A stretch of 64,000 nt of DNA, from the NCBI GenBank assembly GCA_964016885.1, contig OZ024742.1:267468001-267532000 (forward strand), written 5' to 3'. Shown piece by piece: positions 27,937 through 42,400 of the stretch. A program made the position numbers and the translations under genes. Under the pieces are notes generated by a model. The model made no database searches and was not told the DNA's origin. It saw only the letters and a list, made by a program, of their open reading frames with translations. Source of the stretch: Eledone cirrhosa. Lineage: Eukaryota. The first letter of the stretch is position 1. Every line of letters starts with the position of its first letter.

Positions 27937-30059
27937 TTGTTTCTAGTTTTGGCACAAGGCCAACACCTATCTCAGTGCATTACTGGTACTTCATTTTATT
28001 GATTTTGTAAGGATGAAAGGCAAAGTTAACCTAGGCGGGGTTTTGAACTCAGATCGTAAAGGGAATACTTAGATATCACTCGTAAATTCACTCAGAATAA
28101 TCTGAGGATAAATGTCAAATTGGTGCAGAATATCATAATCTATGACACAATCTTACTGGAAGAAAGCATCAGGAGATGAACTGCCAAAGGGTGTCATCTG
28201 CTACAAGCTGTTTCATTCAGAGAAATATTGTGAGAAAGGCTGCTGATCGAAAGCTACCAATTATTGTTCTGACTCTTCGAGTTGATGCAAATCAGGCTTC
28301 GATATTGTGATAACAGTCGACGTACAATTCTGCTGATGCTCCCGCGCAGTAAGTTTATTGTATACCTCATAAACCAGATGCCCAAACAATTCCTGAGAGG
28401 ATCTAGATTCCAGAATTGAAATTTCCAATTTGGTCTCACTTGTCAACTGCAACTAGCCAACTTCAACAATTGCTTGAATTCTCGAAAGAACGCATTGTCT
28501 CAGGCACCATTGAGTGTAGATTATTCTAAATTTACCATCTTATTTTTGGCAGTAATGACATTGCAATATCATATTAATGTCAGAAACACATACGAGGATG
28601 AATTAATTGACTACTGCATATTTTATTGAACTCGGAGAATTAATAATATTAGGCATCTAAGTGATTTGAAGTTAAAACATACCGGAACGAAGCCAAGCGA
28701 TACAAAATATAGCCCAATAATCTACTCTCTTTGAATTCATATGAATGGAATTTCGCTTGACAGAATGCCACCTTTGTTCAAGAGATATGTCGGAAGCAAA
28801 TACATCTGCGATTAAATCAACAAATTGATGAGACGAACATATCACATTTACAGAGATAAAAGTCAATATCTGTCGCTGGAAATTAAAACCAGAATGATGA
28901 GGTAACATATGAAATGTAGGAAATAACTGATATGTGTTATGGTTTCAAATGCTCTAATTTTATCACTGACAATTGTTTCTTTCCATACGAATATACCGCC
29001 CAAAGTAAGTTATTTCATTTAACAATTTACAATTAGTCAGCAGAAACTATAGAAATCATCAGAGTTTATTTAAAATCCAAAACGATTAACACAATATCAA
29101 CACAAATAATTTAAGAACACATAACATATATCACCTATCTAATTAAGTAGTATGTCAAAATAACATTTTGTGAGATGTATTGAAATACTTAAATGTATCT
29201 GAAAGAGTATTCCAATAATGAATTGGAAGTTATACAGTTTTACCAAAGCAATATTCATAGTTTCTAAAAAATACTCCATCGAATTGAACAGGTTGAGAGT
29301 TGAAAGCTATTTACTGCAGACTTAACATTATATCAGAAAAGATGACATCATACGGAGTGAATATAATATATATATTAATGTTTAAGTTGTTACTATACAG
29401 GCTATAATAATGATTATGTAATCAATAATATTTAACTATGTGGAAAAAATATATTAATATAAATAAATATTGAACAATTTATGTATTTTAAAATATTAGG
29501 GCAAGGGAGGTAATTCAAGGGATTATACAGGTATATATTTTGCTAAGTAAATATATTTGAATGTGTTGATCAAATATACCTACCTAAGTAATATTTATCC
29601 TATATGTGGCAATTAGGTATATATGTGTGAGGTATTTAAGTAAATTAATATTTTTATTGAAATAGTAAAATATAAGTTATTAAGGTAAAACCTAAATGAG
29701 GTAAGATGAGATAAGGTTGTATTAAATAAATCAATATATCATGTTAATAATGTATCTATATCATATACCATACATAAATGTAGGAAACAACTGACAGATA
29801 ACATTATTATGAAATTAATATAAAATTATTTACTAGTTGAAGTATAGATTTAAATTAAACTGATATATGTTCATGTTATATGTTTATCTAATACATATTT
29901 ATCCAATAAATTTATCAAATGTTTGGCAATAAATAGAATGAAACCTGATCACTAATAATATTGAAGTATATATTATTATTAAGCTAAAAAATAGGTCTGA
30001 TGAGATAGGGTTATTATATTAATCAAGCATATGTATCATATAATCTCTATAAATATTAA

Positions 30060-30880
30060 ATACTAATGATAGATGATAATATTTTCATGAATAGTTAAAG
30101 TATAGCGCTGTGCATTATCCATTGTTGGGTTTGTAATAGTAAAAATACTGTAGGTTTTTATGTGGGCAAGTGGAAAATATTTCTGATTTTTATTTAAAAG
30201 GTTTGCTTTGGATTTAATGATGAGCTGATATTCAAGGAGATATAATCTACATATTATATTGTTAGGTTTATAAGCGGAGTATCTACCCAATTCAATGTAT
30301 ATGGTATGTTCTTAGTTATTAATCTCGAGATAAAACTAGCTAATGATGTCATATCTTTTAATTTAGGTTTTCTAAAAGAATGAAGATGGGAATAAAATCT
30401 TGTCTTAAAAGTATTTGATGTAGCTCCTGTGTACAATTTAGACTGTCGCGAACTTTTAACTGTGCAACTTTATCATATATTATCAGTTAAACAATTACTG
30501 AGAAGTGGACATAGTGTCTGATTTCTACAGTTACAATTTAGATTAATTATAGAGTTAATATGAGGGACTATATATCCTAGGTTAATATTATTAATTTGAA
30601 TATTAAGGTTGCTGTGGGTGTTAGTATTATTTATAGAGTTAGATGTATTTTGTATGTTATTCAGGTAGTGGATTGTTGATTTTATCATTTTAGATGGTAT
30701 TTTGTTTTTTTGGGTTTCATGTATTCAGAAGTTGTGTGCTATTATTCAGTTTAAAGGATTTAATGCGGTTTTTGTTTTCCTTTTGTTACTAAAAGCTAAT
30801 TGTGCAGCCATATTAGGTGTGGTTGAGAGTTTAATCGTATTTTTATTAATTAGTTATTAATTAGTTTATGGTATCTATGT
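30060..30880 (-). mobile_element. Decayed Penelope-like GIY-YIG fragment, same group as 36298-36986
   Basis: IKLSTTPN, CNCRNQTLCPLLSNC, YTGATSNTFKTRFYSH. Confidence 0.85.
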
Positions 30881-31300
30881 CCATGTGACTGACCGTAGCT
30901 ATAAAAGCACAATACCTTCTAGTTATCACATAAAATTCTATGTGTACATGTTATGCCGTAAGTGAAGTTATTGTTTTGTTTTGCCTTTTACTCCACGGGC
31001 AGCGCTTTGATATGTTTGTGAGACACTGTGGCTCTGGGTGGACAAGCACTATCGTTGGTAGTGGTCGAAACTGCCAAAGTCCGTCTCAACGGCTGAAAGC
31101 CTTCGATTTATGTGAGTTTCGTTTGTATTTTTATTTTTTTTTAAATATGTTTTTAGAGTTTCCCCTTCAAAAATTCATTTTCGTTTTGCCTTGTTTTCTT
31201 TCGTTGTCTTGTCTTCTCTTTGCCTTCGCACCGGTCTTCTCTGAGTACAAATTTATTCATAAGGCACCTATATTCATCTAACTTAATGTACATTTTCCTT
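30880..31300 (+). repeat. Dispersed repeat, reverse copy at ~46370-46690
   Basis: Shared GGTCGAAACTGCCAAAGTCC..CTCAA.GGCTGA. Confidence 0.7.
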
Positions 31301-31954
31301 AGAATAAACGGTGTTAAAAGGCTTGTAAATATTGCATAATATAATCTTAAAAATGTATTTAAAATATGTTAATATAGAAAGAAATAAAGAAAATATTAGA
31401 AAAATTATGTTCTACGAAAATTAACCAACAGAACTTCAATATATTCAATGTTTTTAGCTTCGCTAGAGTTATAGGTCTGGTTACCTCCAGGGATCATTTA
31501 TGAGATATCTTGTTGGTGGCATTCGCTGATGATATGAGGGGTGGGGGGCAGGAGTACTCTTTCACACAGCCGCACCTCACTGGAATGGTGGATGGTGGAT
31601 TTGAAATTGGAGATTAATGAAGCTCATAAAACTTTACGCACAGTGCAATGATGGATGAAAAAATACTTCAGTATCAAGGGATCGCTTTTCTATAAATTTA
31701 AACGGCTGAGATGCGCTTATATGTAACTTCGAATGTCCCTCACTCTTTTCCCATCTGTTACTCGAACTGAAAAAAATCTACGAAGCTATGAATATCTGGG
31801 GGTTTCCCCTCTCGTCCACTTTCATTCGTTCTTACAGGCGATTAAAGGCGATTACAAGCATGTCGGATGTCGGATTGGTTTAACCAACTTTGCAATGAAC
31901 CTTGCATCAGAACCTTATTGTTAATTCATTATATTGCTGAAATATCAGCTGAAT

Positions 31955-32497
31955 TACTGCTGCATTTCCGCCGATTGGTATGCAGCCAAAGTGTATCTAA
32001 AGTGCTCTCAAACTGTAAATTTTTCGGCCTGGCAAGTCTTGGAAGAAAAATTAGCTATATTTTTGTCTGTTTACTCTTCATAATTAGAATGTTAAATAGC
32101 TCTGATTAATTGATCGTGTATTTAATTCATTCATCGTGTAAAATTGGTTAAGCATAGACACCACATATATATCTCTTTATATTTATGTTTCTATATGTAT
32201 AAGTATCTTCTTAAATTATCCTAACTTCCTTAGGGTTGTGTAAAATTTTGGCTGAAATCGACTGCTTTTTCTAGCAACTTTGTTACTCTCCAACAGTTTA
32301 CCTTTCACTGCCCTTCTAATGAACGTAAAACCATGTGATAATTTTGGCTTCGAAAATTTCACCAGTAATGATCAGTTCGGAGAATTTGTCCTTGCACCGA
32401 GGGAGACCTTAGACAAGCCAAAAACCACGCAGCTTGAGTGAACTTTAATTGAACTTTGGCTGCATACCAATCGGCGAAACTGCAGAACTGCAGCAGT
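31955..32497. mobile_element. MITE-like element with ~25-40 bp inverted termini
   Basis: CGCCGATTGGTATGCAGCCAAAGT vs ACTTTGGCTGCATACCAATCGGCG. Confidence 0.55.
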
Positions 32498-33872
32498 CGT
32501 GTCTTTGATGAAATATTAAGTATGTTTTTATCAATTTGCTCTTCACACTTTATTATATATATCTGTATGTGTTTGATGACTGACGGAAAGGCGTACTCAA
32601 TACCATTTCAATATTCATTTTTTAAGGCTGAATAGTCAGTGCTGTTTATCAGTGTCATCAGACAAAAACTAACTTTTCAAAGGCAGACACAGTACAAATG
32701 AAAAAGACAAGAAAGAGCTGGGGCATATGATGTATAATACATATGTGTTATATATCATATGCCATATATCATATTCCATAATTCGATGACCTCCACAATC
32801 CAAACATTTTCTAAACCCATAACATATTACTATAATTTTCAATGTTTAATTTTTAATTTTATTTTTATTCATTTATTTTTTTTATTTATAAAAAAAAAAA
32901 AAATATATATATATACGGAAAAGAATTTCATTTATATTCTCTAATTTTTCTTTTCCATTTTGTCATTGTTATTTCGCATTTATGCATTTATTTCACAATT
33001 TCGCATTTATTTCACAATTCTTCATACTATTATTTTTTCCTTAATTTTTATATTCCTTATATTTATATATGCACCTAACACACACAACACCCCTCCACCA
33101 CAACTACCATCATCAAATATAATTCCATATTATTTGCAACCTTTCTTTGAAGTTATATCTCCATAATTTTTAATCATACATATCATATATTTAACATATT
33201 TACTTAACATCAATACCACCCCGTCACCACTCACACAGTCACTCTTCATAGATTCTACAAATATCTATCTCCACAATATTCACTATACTAAATTCTGCAA
33301 TTCTTTAATTTAAAACTACATTCCTTCATACACTTTACACATTCCCCCTACAGCACTATTCCCTTTCCACCATCCTCTTCATACCCTCATCCCAGTACCC
33401 CCCCTACACGCCACGTATTTATATATGTATTAATTGGAACTTGTATATTCATATTCATATTCACAATTCTGAAGCCGAGAATCATTCGGTTTCCTAAATA
33501 GAATATTAGTCTACAACTCCATTTATACCTTAAACGTGGTTTTGTCTTTGTGTGTAATTGTTCTCACCGCTCCACATAACGACGTATTATCTTCGCTTTT
33601 TTTCCGTTCATTGCCAGGGAACCTCTTCACGAACCAAAGTATCGTCTTCCTGTTTTCCTTCGGTTGCAACGTTTTTCGAAATATTTACTTCTGCTTTCAC
33701 AGATTTATTTTTTTAGTTTCAGAAGATCCCGTTAAGTGTGAAAGCACCGATTAATTGCTTAAACTTTAATCTGTTATTTTAATAAATATTTGCCCTAGAG
33801 TTCTTATATATTTCATATGTATTTATCCTTATCGATCTCTCTTTGGATTTTAGTATTCACATTTATTAATAA

Positions 33873-33999
<127 letters not shown>

Positions 34000-34049
34000 T
34001 TAAGACTTTAAAGTTTAAGCAGATCCCGTTAAGGGTGAAAGCACCGATT

Positions 34050-35672
34050 CTTTTAGCCTAAGAAAATATCTATATGCGTGTGTAATTAATACACGCATAC
34101 ATTTATTTTTTTAATTTCAATTGAGTTCTTAACACGTTGGGTTGATAATGTTTTTGAAAAAAACTAATTAACCCGAGTGTATATTATTTTTTTCTTTTCA
34201 CGTGTATCGTGGTTGTCTCCCTTTCCCGCTTCGTGACGCTATGAAACTTCCTCAGTCAAAAGACTGCTGGAATCTCAAATTTGGCGGTCATTCGATGCGT
34301 TAAGCAGCAGCTTAGCAGACACGATTTTTAACTGCGGTAAGAATTGTTTCTTATATCAAAGTTTAATGGGCTTCCACTGAATATTTATAAGTGCCCGCCT
34401 AAATATATTCTTACATGAATATATGTTAGGCTTCTACATAAACTGGAAATATTCTCCCAATTTTTAGAAAACTTATAATGAAACAATTGTTTGGAAAGAG
34501 AGATATATTTTAACTTTAATTATATCTCATACAATAATACAACTGGCTTTCCACAAAATACATATAGTTAGCACCCCAAACACTTAAATTGGGTTATACT
34601 AACATATAACCTAATGTTTGTTGAGTGAGATGGTTACCAGTCGGAGTTTAGCGTTAAGCTATCTCTGTTATTGTATTAAATATGTTACTCTTGATTTGGC
34701 CAGAGGTACATATTTCCAGGTACCTCATAAACATGACTTTCTGTATTTGTTACTGTTGTGAGATAGTGAGGTTTTTTTGGTTGTCACTTCTCTGTTTTTA
34801 GCCTAAGAAAATATATATATGCATGTGTAAATAATTACATGCATACATTTATGTTTTTAAATTAATTGAGTTCTTAACACGTGGAATTGATAATAGTTTT
34901 AAATAATTAATTAACCCGCGTGTATTAAATATTTTACTCTTAATTTGGCCAGAGATTTACATTCCCAATCACTTTTAAAGCGTAACCTTCGGTATTTGCT
35001 GCGGTGATGTGATGCGGTTTATTATTTTGGTATCACCTCTGTTTTTAGCCTAAGAAAATATCTATATGCGTGTGTAATTAATACACGCATACATTTATTT
35101 TTTTAATTTCAATTGAGTTCTTAACACGTTGGATTGATAATGTTTTTGAAAAAACTAATTAACCCGAGTGTATATTATTTTTTCCTTTTCACGTGTATCG
35201 TGGTTGTCTCCCTTTGCCGCTTCGTGACGCTATGAAACTTCCTCAATCAAAAGACTGCTGGAATTTCAAATTTGGCGGTCATTCGATGCGTGAAGGAGCA
35301 GCTTAGCAGACACGATTTTTAACTGCGGTAAGAATTTTTTCTTATATCAAAGTTAAATGGGCTTCCACTGAAGATTTATAAGTGCCCACCTAAATATATT
35401 CTTACATGAATATATGTTAGGCTTCTACATAAACTGGAAACATTCTCCCAATTTGTAGAAAACTTATAATGAAACAATTGTTTGGAAAGAGAGCTATATT
35501 GTAACTTTAATTATATCTCATATAATAAAACAACTGGCTTTCCACATATAACATATAGTTAGCACCCCAAACACTTAAATTGGGTTATACTAACATATAA
35601 CCTAATGTTTGTTGAGTGAGATGGTTACCAGTTGGAGTTTAGCGTTAAGCCATCTCTGTTATTGTATTAAAT
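34050..35672 (+). mobile_element. Partial tandem (~1.6 units, period ~990) non-coding element between (AT)n tracts, one HHR per unit
   Basis: 34051-34680 repeats at 35043-35672. Confidence 0.85.
35363..35487 (+). ncRNA. Type I hammerhead with 78-nt loop-II insert (G8-mutated copy at 34372-34496)
   Basis: TTCCA-CTGAAGA-TTTATAAGT(78 nt)ACTTATAAT-GAAAC(AATT)GTT-TGGAA. Confidence 0.8.
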
Positions 35673-35694
35673 TATATATATATATATATATATA

Positions 35695-35743
<49 letters not shown>

Positions 35744-35890
35744 ATTAGAATACTGGAGCGTGTTTGAGTCAAACACCCTCTTCGTATTATAGAAATGACA
35801 GTAAAAGGTATAGCTCAATGCAGTTAAACAGAGCCAAAAAATTAAGAGAGTAAAACAAAGAATCCTTTAATACATCAAAAGTTTTTATTA

Positions 35891-35928
35891 GCCGACAATG
35901 TTTCGTCCTATTAAGGACTCATCAGGGC
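35891..35928 (-). ncRNA. Minimal type I hammerhead in the inverted pLTR
   Basis: Exact reverse complement of 39128-39165. Confidence 0.9.
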
Positions 35929-36297
35929 AATCAAAACAACAAGAGGTAATTTCGGCAGATACAAGCCAGAAACTCTGAAGAATATGGAGTGTACATACAC
36001 TAATGTCTTGCAAAGATATACGATAATAAAAATGAAAATAAAGATAAAAATAATAAAATTATAATAACTAAGGATGTAGATAACATTAAGAACCATATTA
36101 CAAATATAGTCCATCCAAAGCCACCAACTTAAATCTAAACAAATTTGGTTATATAGAGCAGGAATTATATATAACACAATATAATACATTATAATAATAA
36201 TATATTTATACCAACATTAAAATTCCAAATTAAAACTCAGAAGGTACAATATATACAAGTATATATATGCGCGCACACACACACACACACACATATT

Positions 36298-36986
36298 ACA
36301 AATACCATGGTATTTTTAATAAAAATGTTATTAAACTCTCATTCTCTACCACCCCTAATATTAGTTCTCATTTAGCTAGCACTAATAATAGGAAAATTAG
36401 GGATGGATTCTCCTCTCTACATACTACTAGTCTGAATGCATCGGACAATGCTTTACCACCAGAACAGTCCTTATCTAATAGAGGTCCTATGTGCAATACA
36501 TCACCACTCGAGCCAACCAATAACACCCGGAAGTGCAATTGTAGAGTGAGTGCTAACTGCCCTCTAAACGGTAACTGCCTTTCTAAGAACATTGTCTATG
36601 CTTGCGAGGTTATAACTAATTCCTCTAAAAGAACGTATATAGGATCTACTTCAAACACTTTTAAGACTAGGTTTAACTCTCACATCTCTAACTTCAAACA
36701 TGTTAGGTTTAAGAATTCTACCTCTCTAGCGCATTATATCTGGGATCTTAAGGGAGCTTATATACCATATAGCCTTAACTGGAGTTTAGTAGCACGATCT
36801 AACCACCTTTCTGCACATAGTAAGTTTTGTAATCTCTGTATACTTGAGACACACTCTATTATTTTCTCTAGCGTACCCTTACTGAATAGAAAGTCTGAGA
36901 TATTCTCTTCTTGCCCCCATGCCATTTCTAATTCTTACTTTTATTATAAACCCAAATGTTCTAGTAGTACAAATCGTACCCATTAG
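36298..36986 (+). CDS. Penelope-like linker + GIY-YIG endonuclease, uninterrupted but 5'-truncated (the ORF-track N-terminus from 36267 is microsatellite-derived)
   Basis: IKLSFSTTPN, CNCR..CPLNGNC, IVYACEV..TYIGSTSNTFKTRFNSH, CNLCILE, LLNRKSEIFSSCPH. Confidence 0.85.
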
Positions 36987-38203
36987 CAGATATATTCCAT
37001 TACTTAGTTTTTTGTTTGGGTTCTTTTGTTTGCCAACACTAATGTTATCATTGGTTTTTGATGACTCTTCATTCTAGCTCTCATAATCATTTGGCCACTG
37101 TACCATATATATGTCTTCACTATTACACCTTGTTAGTATACATAAGATTACACACGTTATTATCTTTATATATTCTTTTATTATCATTAACTTTAATTTT
37201 AATTTTAACATTATTTTTATTTTTATTTTTAATTCTATTTTTATTTCTAAGTCTATTCTGATTTATCTATCGAACCCCCCCCCCCCTTCCCCCTCCCCCC
37301 ATGCACACATACACTTATTGTCAACCCCTCCAGATTGAATATGATTATATTAAACCCCCCTCTTTTATACTCTGTTCTATTATTTATTATAGTATATCGA
37401 ATATATTTTATGCCACTTCGCACCCTCCATATATTTTGTCAATTCTGTCCCCATTAGCCTACCTTAACTCTACTTAAGTCAGTTTTTTAGATATCGTTGC
37501 GTATATGATAGTGTAATTTTATTCCTTTTTGTAAACATTTGTAACGATACATTAAAGTTTATATACTTTAATGACTTAGACTATAGCTAATTTTATACTA
37601 CCTTATCGGATGGGTTTGATATTTTTAATATTAATTTATCAGATAGGGTTTGGAGTCATTTAAAATGATCGCTTTCCTTGGTGTTTACCAAATTTCTTAA
37701 TGCACGCGAGGCCTAAATGTGTATACATTTGCTTGTTTTGTAATTTCCGGTTGATTGTATTTATTTGTTTTATCCTATATTCTATTTACTATTCACTGTC
37801 TGGCTTCGCTCACTCATCCACACATGTCTGTCTACCAACCTTGAAATTATAAGTATTTATTTATATATTTTATGCCAATTTTTAAAATATATTACATTAT
37901 GATATTGATCCTTATTACTTACCGTTTATTATATATAACATTATGATATTTAAACTTTATATATCATGTAAGATGTCTGGATTTTTTAATATTTTAATAT
38001 TGTAATATGTAACATTATGATATTTAGACTTTACATATCATGTTAGATGTCTGTATATTTTTTCTGTAACATCATATTTTTTCTGTAACATCATAATTGT
38101 TCCCTGTACCAATATAGTTTTTTCGAGTATTATTGTATTATATTATATGATTTATATAATGATTATATAATGATTATATATGATTTATATAATGATTTAT
38201 AAA

Positions 38204-38395
38204 GGCGGTGGATTGGCAGTATCGGTAGAGGGTCGGACGCCATGCTTTGATGCATAGAGTTACGGCCCTTGCTATTCTGAGTTCAAATCCCGCCGAGGTT
38301 AACTTTGCCTTTCATCCTTACGGGGTCGATAAAATAAAGTACCAGTAATGTACTGGGTAATTTCTGGCCTTGTGCCAATAGTAGAAACAATTATA
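38204..38395 (+). mobile_element. tRNA-derived SINE inside the Penelope 3' region (other copies 47253-47445 plus; 26420-26540, 27937-28065, 53157-53343, 57591-57735 minus)
   Basis: A box TGGCAGTATCGG, B box GAGTTCAAATC, 3' end GGCCTTGTGCCAA.AGTAGAAACAATTAT. Confidence 0.9.
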
Positions 38396-38753
38396 TGATT
38401 TATATTTCCTCATTTATTATGTAACCCAGTATGAATCATGTCGTACATATTGTTTATGGTAATTGTTAATATAATGTTAACATTTTATCATTGTATTTCA
38501 CTGTGACATCTATATTGTTTCTGTAAATTAACCGGGGATTATCTATTCTACTTTATTATATTGTATTGAATTATATAATTTTGTTGTTTATTATTTGTTA
38601 TAAGTGTTTCTTGTAATTATATCATATTATTGCCTCATGTATATTGGGTAGATGTATTAGCATTATTTTCACTATTACCATGCTTATTTTTAATATTCAA
38701 ACTTCCAATAGGGCTTAATTTCTGTGTAATAGAAAATAGATATGTGTACTGTA

Positions 38754-38792
<39 letters not shown>

Positions 38793-39127
38793 CATATATA
38801 CATGTATATATTGTACCTTCTGAGTTTTAATTTGGAATTTTAATGTTGGTATAAATATATTATTATTATAATGTATTATATTGTGTTATATATAATTCCT
38901 GCTCTATATAACCAAATTTGTTTAGATTTAAGTTGGTGGCTTTGGACTATATTTGTAATATGGTTCTTAATGTTATCTACATCCTTAGTTATTATAATTT
39001 TATTATTTTTATCTTTATTTTCATTTTTATTATCGTATATCTTTGCAAGACATTAGTGTATGTACACTCCATATTCTTCCGAGTTTCTGGCTTGTATCTG
39101 CCGAAATTACCTCTTGTTGTTTTGATT

Positions 39128-39165
39128 GCCCTGATGAGTCCTTAATAGGACGAAACATTGTCGGC
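39128..39165 (+). ncRNA. Minimal type I hammerhead in the Penelope pLTR
   Basis: GCC-CTGATGA-GTCCT(TAAT)AGGAC-GAAAC(ATT)GTC-GGC. Confidence 0.9.
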
Positions 39166-39439
39166 TAATAAAAACTTTTGATGTATTAAAGGATTCTTTG
39201 TTTTACTCTCTTAATATATATATATATATATATACATCCACATATATATATATATAAGCACATGTATATGTGGATTTAGATGTAGGCATGTGTAGATATG
39301 TTTGCATGAACATATGTATATTTATGTACATGTGTAATTGTATACATATGTATATTTCATCCACCATTTTATCCTGACAATCTCACCAATCTTTTTACTA
39401 ACCCCCTACACACCCACCTCCACATTCATCACATTTCCA

Positions 39440-42400
39440 GGAAGCCCTGTCCTGGCAGGGCTACCGAGGAGCTTTGCCAATTTGCAATACGCTATACAGG
39501 CATGGAAGTGTCGTTAGCCGGCCCTGTCTGAAATGCGCGCAGGGTGACGTACCGACCTGCACACAATGCTCCAGTTTCTGAGAATTGATGGCTTGTGTGT
39601 TTATATCGAACATCTGCTACCGCATGCAGAACAAAACTGTTATCAACCGATTCCATTGTGAAGATTGTCCCACCGCCTTCTTTTAGTCAAGAAGGGCAGT
39701 CCGTTTTTACATCTTGAGGCCATGTACAAAGTCAAGATTAATTTCTTCAGGTTCCACTTGAGGAAAATAAGAGTAGAGAGGAAAGTGTTGCCTTCAAAGT
39801 AGGTGAAAGGTGGGTGAGAGAAGTGAGCATGGCCCGAGTGGATGTGCCTGCTCTGAGTGTGAGCTTGAGGATTCAAAGAGTACAACAGGGACAAGGCACT
39901 TACCCCAAAGATCCGGGAATCCGTGGTTTTATGGGTTTTTTTCCAAGGGACAGGTTGAGGCGGCATTGATATGCATCAACAATATTGATATAGATCATAT
40001 AGGAAGGGCCAACAAATTTGGGAGAATCTTGGTGATGTTCAAAAGTATGGCCCTTGTTATCAGGCATTCTGTGGTCCCCGGCAAAATGGACAAAATAATC
40101 ATGTACCCGTCCTATATGGGGAGGAGGACAGTCAGGGTCCGGGTTCCCTGGATTCCAACGGGAATGGAATTATAGTGGATCCTGAAATGCGTGGCGGCAG
40201 AGGTCCCTGACACTCACCTCAACGTCAAGTTGATAAAGAGGGAGTGGTGGTTCAGGAATAGTTTAGAACCAATAGTTTAGAGATATTTCCCCAATTCAGA
40301 CCCGAAGACATTTAAAATATACCGAACGTTTACGAAATCCAGGTATTTACTGCAGGGGGCCACAAATGTCCATTGCAGACAAAGCCTGTGCCGGGACAAA
40401 CGACAAAACCAGCAGCAACAGTAAAGGAAACAGCACCTCTAGAAGCAACCAGTGAAAACACCAACACCGTCCATTAAAACCACTCAAGTTTTCACCTATA
40501 AAGCTCTCTCTCTCTCTACTCTCTGTCAAACACACACAGAACAACACTCACACACCCGTAAACGTACTTCCACTACCCTCTGACACAGAGACCTCAGTCA
40601 CCAGTTCCTCCATATATTCAAGTGAAAATGAGGAGAAACTTCCAAAACTAAATAAAAAAGCAAAAAAGAAAACACAAAAAGAAAAAGGACGATTCATGTC
40701 CACACAGACCACACAAAAGACACACATAAAAACCAGATACACCCACAACAACACCACACTACAAACGTCAATAAAAACTCAAACACCACAAACGACAATG
40801 ACACGACCGCAAATCATGCCTAACAAAAGAAAACATTCGCAGACACCAACGATGACGGTCACTGCTAAATTCGTGTTACTTAGAAGGGACGACAAAAAGA
40901 TTATGTGGGAGAGATTTTTTGCACCTGCAACTTCAAAGTGCCCCAAAGACTGCTGATGATGTGGATGCCAATAAAAATTTATAAAAACATTAGGGAAAGC
41001 TTTCCAGTGGGGTCCCCTAATGTGAAAGCCTTGCGTAGACTTTTAAAGGGGCTCCCAATAGAAACCACACCACACAACATGGAAGTCGAACTACGCGATC
41101 TCCTCAAGGCCCCGGGGGTAAACAAACCTTTCTCTTATTTCATTTAGCTTGCCAGCATGACAATTCTGAGAGTAGGGTGTTCGTGACCTGTGGGCGTCCT
41201 GGAAGCAGGGTGACCTGCTCAACGATCTCAGGTCGCTATATATGAATATGATTGCCGTCAGGGAGACCAGGAATTCCGAATCGTGCGCACTAGCCCGCAT
41301 TTTCGACGACTATCAAATGGGAGGTGGGATAACAGTGCTGTTTAGGAAATGGTCTGATCTAGAGGCAAGGTCGATATTATGGGACCCGGATGATAAGTTG
41401 GTGGAACTGGACGTCAAAAATAGTGATGGTGGTGGTTTTAGTCTGGTGGCCGTTTACAAGACGGCCGAAACCAGAATACCAGACTTCTTTAGTCGCCTGG
41501 AAACCTTTCTGGGAACGCCTCGCACTTTACTGTTAGTGGGGGACTAGACCGGCATCTTAGACGCATGTTGGGATTGTGTGGGTGTAGGTGATAGAGGAGC
41601 AAAGACTCAAGTACCTAATTAGCCAGTTCCGACAGTTTGACAGGTACCGACTAGATTTCCCTAATGCATAGTGCTATTTAGATCGGATATAGAGATGTTT
41701 TACAAAAACATAATTTAGATTAGAATTAGTGTTACACAAAAACGAAAGGAGTGGGAGATGGTAGCTGAATTAAATAACCCAATACGTAGCAGCATTGGAA
41801 CTGACAGGCTAGAGGCCTGAATGTCATTAGACCCTTTCGTCGATGCGAAACATGAATATTGCATTGTCAAAGCTAAGGTGCGTACTCTAAGAGACGAGGA
41901 AAGCTTTTCGTTGGGCCCATGTGGCAGAAAAGTAGTGTGGTAACAAAATCGCAATTCGGTCTTTGACGGACCGATACGTAGGCCAGCTGAGCTATTTCAG
42001 GGAGATGGGTGAGTACTTTCGCTAGCACTTTGCTCGGCTGTTTGGGGTAAGTTGGAAATCGGAGACAGGGATGGATTTTAGTCCCTACATTGACGGACTA
42101 CTTCGTCGCTCGCCAAAAGCTGATGACATCATCCGAGATTTAAACCGCCCTAGTCGGCTGTATTTCACGCAGCTTGGATGGTCTGTTTTACGAGCTTTAC
42201 GTAAATATGCCAGACTTGCTCTCTGACCTCTTCAAAGCACTCTATTACAACTAGCAGCAGAATGGGAACATTTCCAGTTATATGAGTCGAGCGTAGTTAC
42301 ACTGATAAGGCAAGATGAGAACAAGAAGGATACTTTAGATAACTTCGGGCCCATAATTCTGATGGACACACATTTTAAGATTTTGGTCAAGAGTTTGGCG

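Larger units (their letters stand above)
35841..39215 (+). mobile_element. 5'-truncated Penelope-like element with inverted ~460-bp pLTR segments (35841-36300 / 38750-39215)
   Basis: Near-identical inverted repeats, each with an HHR, flanking a GIY-YIG ORF and long AT-rich 3' region. Confidence 0.9.

Noticed and set aside
28250-28460. Tc1/mariner transposase C-terminal remnant (minus)
   Set aside because: Only a vague match (NLDPLRNCLG); too degraded to call
32565-32670. Stem-loop TGTTTGATGAC..GTCATCAGACA as a SECIS element or hammerhead
   Set aside because: No GAAA core in register and no linked UGA-containing ORF; cannot be supported by eye
35911-36189. Hydrophobic 92-aa ORF (mirror at 38871-39145) as a membrane peptide
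   Set aside because: AT-rich pLTR sequence; frameshifted in the mirror copy
38204-38300. tRNA gene
   Set aside because: A and B boxes belong to a multi-copy SINE head; no complete cloverleaf evident
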